Source: Picochlorum sp. SENEW3
Taxonomy: Eukaryota
DNA length: 64,000 nucleotides
Assembly: GCA_034226945.1 (NCBI GenBank)
Contig: CP120455.1
Coordinates: 1-64,000 of the forward strand
Reading direction: 5' to 3'
A program made the translations under genes and the position numbers. Shown here one piece after another: positions 61,812-64,000 of this stretch. Below the pieces are notes generated by a model. The model was not told the DNA's origin, did not search any database, and was given only the letters and a program-made list of their open reading frames with translations. Each line of letters begins with the position of its first letter. Position 1 is the stretch's first letter.

Positions 61812-64000
61812 TCAATTTCCTTTCGCCTCTGCCATGGCGGAGGATGTTGCTGCTGCAATGGCTTGATCAGATGCATTTGGTAAGTAGTAATAGTTTCCGT
61901 TGGCCGCTTTTGCAATCTCTTCTGCAAATCCTGTCGACACAAATTTATTTTCTGTATCGATCACGAGCAACTGCAGCCCCTCGGCGTTCAACCTCTTTGC
62001 CATGTCTAAGACTTCCTCTCGCAATTGTTCTTGTGTTGGCTTTGGGGCATCCTCAGCAAGTGCATCAGGGTCCTCATTTGATTTTCCCAAGCTAACGTTT
62101 GCCCTTCCATCCGTCAGAAGGACCACCATAACACGCCCGACGTCTCCTCCTTGTCTAGCCTGTGTACCGAATCTGACGGCCAGGGAAAGTCCGTGGGCCA
62201 AAGGTGAGCCTCCACCACATGGCAATGAATCGAGGCGTCTTCTAGCCATTGCAATGGATTTTGATGGGGGCAAAAGTACCTCTGCCTTGTCTCCATAGAA
62301 TGGAATAAGAGACACGAAATCGCGTGACGTATATGACTCTGCCAGGAGGCGCATGACGGCACCTTTAGCTGCTGACATTCTGTTCAGGGCCATACTGCCA
62401 GAGGCATCCACCACGAACATGACCAAGGCTCCCGCCTTTCGGGCAAGCCGTTTGCTTCTCATATCACTCCTTTCCACATACACGGGCTTGTCCGGCCCTC
62501 CACGCTCAGCTTGTCTCCTTCTACGGGGCCCTTGGTATGGGGCAGCAGTTCGCAATGTAGCATCAACTGCAAGGCGTCTCACCTTTCCTTTTGGAAGCAT
62601 AGGTTTGACATAGCGTCCTCTTTCCTCGCTGAATATGAGAGTTTTAGCTTTTCCTGTACGGCCCTGGGCTCTCTGCTGCTGTTGAGCAAACATGAGGACG
62701 GATGGATCGAGAATGACACCCTCAGACTCAAACATGAATTCCTCTGGGATCTGATCTGGCTCGTCTTCCTGATCCTGATCATCGTCTTCGTCGTCTTCTG
62801 GATCTTCCTCTTCCTCCTCGTTCTCCTGATCTTCCTCCTGCTGTTGATCTTCTGGTGGAGGAGGAGGTGGGGGTGGGGGCGGTTGCTCATCCTGGTCCTC
62901 TGGAGGCGGCTGGTCTAACAGCACTGATCTTGGCAGGATGACTAATTGGACTGCTTTCTGCAAATCTTCTGGCTCTACCTTATCTCTACCATCTAGCGCA
63001 GCTGATGCCTTTGCTACTCGAACTGCAAAAATCTCAGACCTATGGCCCATCACTCCTCCACGCCTAGCCTCTTCGACCAAATACTTGACCTGCTTATCGG
63101 AAATTTCAACCTCTTCGAGATATTCTCTCGCAAAGATGACGCTAGACCTGAGCGCATCGGTGGTCTCTTCTGCCTGCTTGAGCACGTCCAGAGGAGAGTC
63201 CTGGAACCTTGTTGCTGCCTCCACAGCATCAACTCTTGTCTCGAATGTGTATGGCACATCTGCCGACAAAGTTATTGCTATTCTGTCCAACAAGTGCTCT
63301 CTCAAGGGGCCTTCCTCAGGATTATATGTTGCAAGAAGCAGCGGTTTGCAAGGATGCGAAATTGAAATACCTTCACGCTCGACGACATTCACTCCATCGG
63401 AAAGGATAGAAAGCAGCAAATTTGCAATTCCATCATCCAGCAAGTTGATCTCATCCACGTAGAGAATTCCTCTGTGGGCTTCTGCAAGCAATCCTGGCTG
63501 GAAGACTGGCTTGCCTGCCTTCATGGATGCCTCAATGTCTACCGTACCCACCAAGCGATCTTCGGTCACTCCAAGAGGGATCTGAATGAATGGCGGGTCC
63601 TTAATCTGCGTGGGGATCTTGTCCACCCCCGCAAGCTTCTCAGCCAGCCCGTCCTCCCACTCATCCTGGTTGTTGGGATCCGCATTGCACATACTGCCCT
63701 TGATAACCTCAATCGGTGGCAACAGTGCGTGCACTCCTCTTGCCATAATAGACTTGGCTGTACCTCTTCTCCCCGCAATGGCAATGCCTCCCAACCCATT
63801 GTCCACAGCTCCCAGCAGGAGTGCCTGCTTGATGTGATCCATACCCACCACCTCTGTGAGAGGATAGGTTCTCTGCATCCTCACAGACTTTGTGGGCTCG
63901 TAAGCAGCATCTTGCTCTGCCTCCATTTTCATCGCATCCAAAGCTGCATAGCAAATACATAGAGTCGGTCACGCTGTCCCAGTGGAGACGGTGTCTCACG
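61812..64000 (-). CDS. CHLD: Magnesium chelatase subunit D (5' end beyond window)
   Basis: [11 protein letters not shown]+, [10 protein letters not shown], Pro/acidic linker, v[25 protein letters not shown]. Confidence 0.97.

Noticed and set aside
30890..63999. Numerous 60-200 aa ORFs overlapping the identified genes
   Set aside because: Antisense or off-frame shadows of well-supported coding sequences with no recognisable motifs.

Overview
Eukaryotic nuclear DNA from a very compact green-algal genome (short GT-AG introns, tiny intergenic spacers, plant-type CHLD/ATXR3/HUS1/BOR; a Picochlorum-like trebouxiophyte is my inference). The window starts at a contig end carrying an untrimmed Oxford Nanopore adapter and two CCCTATA units. 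About 5.7 kb of gene-poor, repeat-rich, subtelomere-like DNA follows. Then come four head-to-tail copies of a ~5.93 kb unit (5751-29472) holding a secreted Cys-rich protein, a 7TM GPCR-like protein, an ABCG half-transporter and the 3' part of UDP-glucose dehydrogenase. The rest is gene-dense single-copy DNA: UGD, MCM4, HAS1, PSAT, RPC6, a second ABCG, RPN9, a Tyr-phosphatase-like protein, NOC2, a GCK-domain gene missed by the ORF track, ATXR3, HUS1, ADCS, BOR, an unknown plastid-type protein, a CbiA/CobB-BtuF fusion, frataxin, PEX2 and CHLD. Most notable: (1) a spliced ~1112 aa fusion of a cobyrinate a,c-diamide synthase-like region lacking its glutaminase Cys to a BtuF-like binding domain, in a lineage that does not make B12; (2) the 4x amplified peptide/7TM/ABCG cassette; (3) between-copy indels concentrated at AGCT, hinting at a sequence-specific DNA modification; (4) a TGATG stop/start overlap and very short same-strand spacers suggesting polycistronic expression; (5) a frataxin with a 4-Cys tail. 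All alignments were done by eye and no database searches were run.
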